64,000 nucleotides of DNA from Orbicella franksi (lineage: Eukaryota). The notes below the pieces were generated by a model that was given only the letters and a program-made list of their open reading frames with translations, was not told the DNA's origin and did not search any database. This document shows, in pieces, positions 61,393-64,000 of the stretch. The stretch's first letter is position 1, and each line of letters opens with the position of its first letter. The stretch is from the NCBI GenBank assembly GCA_964199315.1, contig OZ116705.1:9300001-9364000 (forward strand), read 5' to 3'. A program made the translations under genes and the position numbers.

Positions 61393-62641
61393 GACAAGCT
61401 TGGTCAATAAAGGATTTATTATATGGCTTTCGGGGAAATTTTTCTTGCGGGACACGGCGGGTAGTCCCGAGCGGGCAAGATAGCCCCATCTTGCCCGCTC
61501 GGGTAGCCAATCACAGCGCAGGATTTGATTCATCTTGCCCGCTCGCGGAGCTTGCCATATAATAAATAATGTTATTGACCATGCAAGGTGGCTGGATATT
61601 TTTGTGAGTTTGTGGACCAAGATGGAGTCTAGGTCTGTAAACTCACCAAAAAAGAACTCAATGGCCAATATCCATTCTCATCCCCAGAGGCTGCTCTCCC
61701 TTTGGTCAGCACCAGGAATCGCAACCTCTGGGTCAGTCCAACACCAGAAGTCCGTGATTCACAGACTTTCCATCAGATCTGACAAATCTGATCGGCTGAG
61801 AATACAAAATGAATTCCCTGTGCATACTCAGAAAATCGGGTCTAGCCAAAGATCGTGATTCTTGGTGCTGACCAAAAGGAGTGCGGCCTCTGGGTACAAG
61901 AATGGCCAGTATATCCAGCCATGTTGACTGAACAAGCTTGGGCAATATAAAAGATTTATTATTAATATGGCTTTCGGGAACATTTTTCATGCAAGACACA
62001 GTGGGTAGTCCCGAGCAGACAGGATAGTGCTGTCTTGCCCACCCAGGTAGCCAATCACCATTCAGGATTTGATTCGTCTTGCCTGCTCACGGAGCTAGCC
62101 ATATAATATATAAGAGAGTTTAATAATTTACTTATCAAATAACATCATATTATTTGTGTGTTGTACCTTACCTTTTTGTTGACCATCCACCATTGATTTT
62201 CTTACCCTTGGATGACTGCAGTAAGCAAGGCCACCACAAGGTTGGTGGTGTGCTTCTTTATACTTTTTGAGACAAGGAAATGCGTTTTCTTAATAACTGA
62301 ACCATGACCATCCAATTTATGCCTTTGCAATAATTTAACTTGCATTGAATTACTGAATATTGCTGTTTTCACATAGGTATTTGATGTTCGCAGTGGGAGG
62401 TGGTTTCAAGTTATTATCTGCAGTAGCATTTTTCTTTGCTTGGAAATTTTACAAACTGCCGGTAGCTGAGTCGAGTAATGGTGACTCAAACCCAGAAACC
62501 ACATCCCAGACAACAATCATGGATGGAAGCACTCCCAAAGAACACAAGGATATGACAGAGCTTATTCCAGTTGCGCAGTTTATTAAAGTTTCCAATTCGA
62601 AGGACAGTTACAAGGAAGAGCCGAAAGTAACCACTGTATAA
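56074..62641 (+). CDS. Solute carrier organic anion transporter (OATP/SLCO, most like the SLCO4 group), 684 aa
   Basis: Exons 56074-56784, 58077-58645, 59635-59791, 60303-60466, 61017-61205, 62377-62641 (2055 nt). Motifs: VISSLERRFSL, YIDENV, GPAVGFLLGG, FIGAWWLG (OATP signature), FMPKFVEAQF, Kazal-like CNCDVKYYSPVC...FYSPCYAGC, LRCVPESQGSFALG, PSPIIFGYVIDAAC. Confidence 0.95.
58715..59178 (+). mobile_element. Internally deleted pogo-type DNA transposon retaining a transposase C-terminal fragment
   Basis: TA-CCGTAAAT...ATTTACGG termini with AATAAGCGCCC subterminal repeats. The internal frame from 58872 reads INSFKHCALTITTDGSDDLLIHCLKSNQPCAAG, resembling the SFKxCGIsnalDGSEDD tail of pogo-family transposases. 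Confidence 0.7.
61245..62105. repeat. Two adjacent copies of the ~320-bp repeat, the second interrupted by a ~240-bp MITE (about 61673-61905)
   Basis: Insert TIRs CATTCTCATCCCCAGAGGC...TTTGGTCAGCACCAGGAATC / GATTCTTGGTGCTGACCAAA...GCCTCTGGGTACAAGAATG, with an imperfect duplication of the host GCCAATATC. Confidence 0.8.
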
Positions 62642-62689
62642 ATAATTATGTTTACATTTTTTCTTTTACTTGAAATGGTTTACATTATA

Positions 62690-62872
62690 CAGTGGAACCC
62701 TGCCTTGTGACCACCTTATCATACAGCCACCTTCTTGCCACTGTATCCTGGCCCGAACAAAAGTTCAGTCAGTCATTTCCTTATTTAAAGAACCCCTTTT
62801 ATCTGGCCAGCCCATTAATACAGCCAGATTTTTGTGGCCTGTCAGTGACCAGTATAATGGGGTAATCCACTG
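62690..62872. mobile_element. Tc1/mariner-type MITE just downstream of the SLCO stop codon (probable 3' UTR)
   Basis: TA-CAGTGGAACCC...GGGTAATCCACTG-TA; same family as the host element at about 44845-45225. Confidence 0.8.
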
Positions 62873-64000
62873 TATTTAACAGTAACTATTTTGGGGTTAT
62901 AAGTGGCTTATTATGTTAGCTAGGCAAAGTTTAGGGCTTATGATTTCAGTGGCAAGAACATTTTAAGGCACACTTTGATTTGTATATCATTACGCAAATG
63001 TATGCTGATATAAAGCACAGTCGCCAATTCAGGGCTGTCGTTAAGGGCCGTAACCAGTAACACTTGTTACGGCTGAGTATGCTTGATTTTCCCTCGATGT
63101 CATGGGAGAAATTACCTGTTGTTGATAGAATTTATCCACAAAATAACGAGTTTGCTACGGGTGTGGAGAACAAGGCTACAGGTAACTCAAAACTTAATGA
63201 CAGCTCTGACAGTGGTTATTGATTCATTCCACGAGTCATTAAGGCTATTTTAGCCATTGTGTTAAATCAATAATTGAAGTCGTCCCTAATTATTAGGGAC
63301 TACTTGTTTCCAATGGACTTATTTAATAGCGAAACAATTAGTTATTGTGCATATTGCATTCAAATGTGTGCACGTGGATCTTTCTTTGTGATAGGTCCGT
63401 AATGTGTACTCAAGTAGCTAACTATCTACCATGGTTACAGCTGGCTGCTATAGCTAAATCTCTAAGTACCATGCTTTTATGTGGGAAGGTTTAGATTGAA
63501 AAAGTACAGGTGGTTGACAGAAAATTATTTTGTTATTCAATCAAATTCGAGATTATTTTTCTGATAAATTACTTTTTGATGCAATCAATTTGATTTATTT
63601 GAATGCTAATATTGTACACAAAAGTAGAATGATATTTATGCATACACAGAGACAATGCCAGTAATTGGTTGCATAATTATACTACTTTCAATGACCCTTT
63701 TTTATAACAGTTCAATTCCGTATAAAGAAAGAAGTATTAATGCAGTCAACGCCCTTTTAGCTTTTAGTGCAAAAAGTGGGCATCGCAATACTACCGGTAA
63801 CAGTTTGCAGTTTGATGCTCAAAATTCCAAGTTTTGGGAGGAGAGTAGAGATTGCTTGCAGTTTGGTATTAATACTGTATTCATACACACTGGTTTACAG
63901 TCTTCTTGATATCATAGCTGCAGATATTACACTGAGGTATTCTCCCCGGGTCACCAGAAACATGCACTTTCAAGGTCGCTACAGTGTGACAATTATCCAT

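Noticed and set aside
61230-61999. Cluster of 88-116 aa ORFs on both strands
   Set aside because: All lie within dispersed repeats that recur at 35444-35764; no protein motifs.

Overview
Eukaryotic (animal) genomic DNA: AT-rich, spliceosomal GT-AG introns, and dense short palindromic MITEs and SINEs of the kind typical of anthozoan, probably stony-coral, genomes (taxon is an inference). I assembled six protein-coding genes exon by exon with consistent reading-frame phases. They are HADH (minus strand, 7 exons in the window, 3' end off the left edge), a long-chain acyl-CoA synthetase of the ACSL1/5/6 type (plus, 23 coding exons, 688 aa), NAF1 (minus, 9 exons, about 930 aa with an unusual decapeptide-repeat N-terminus), RPL34 (plus, 5 coding exons including a 14-nt micro-exon), an unrecognised type II membrane protein with Asp-rich blocks and a furin-type site (plus, 3 exons, about 778 aa), and an SLCO/OATP transporter (plus, 6 exons, 684 aa). 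The most notable organisation is two functionally matched head-to-head pairs. HADH-ACSL (fatty-acid activation and beta-oxidation) has DR1/HNF4-like elements in its shared upstream region. NAF1-RPL34 (ribosome biogenesis) has under 250 bp between them and candidate structured RNAs in the RPL34 introns. No CRISPR array, rRNA gene or true tRNA gene was found. All TE superfamily calls rest on termini and target-site duplications (TSDs) only.
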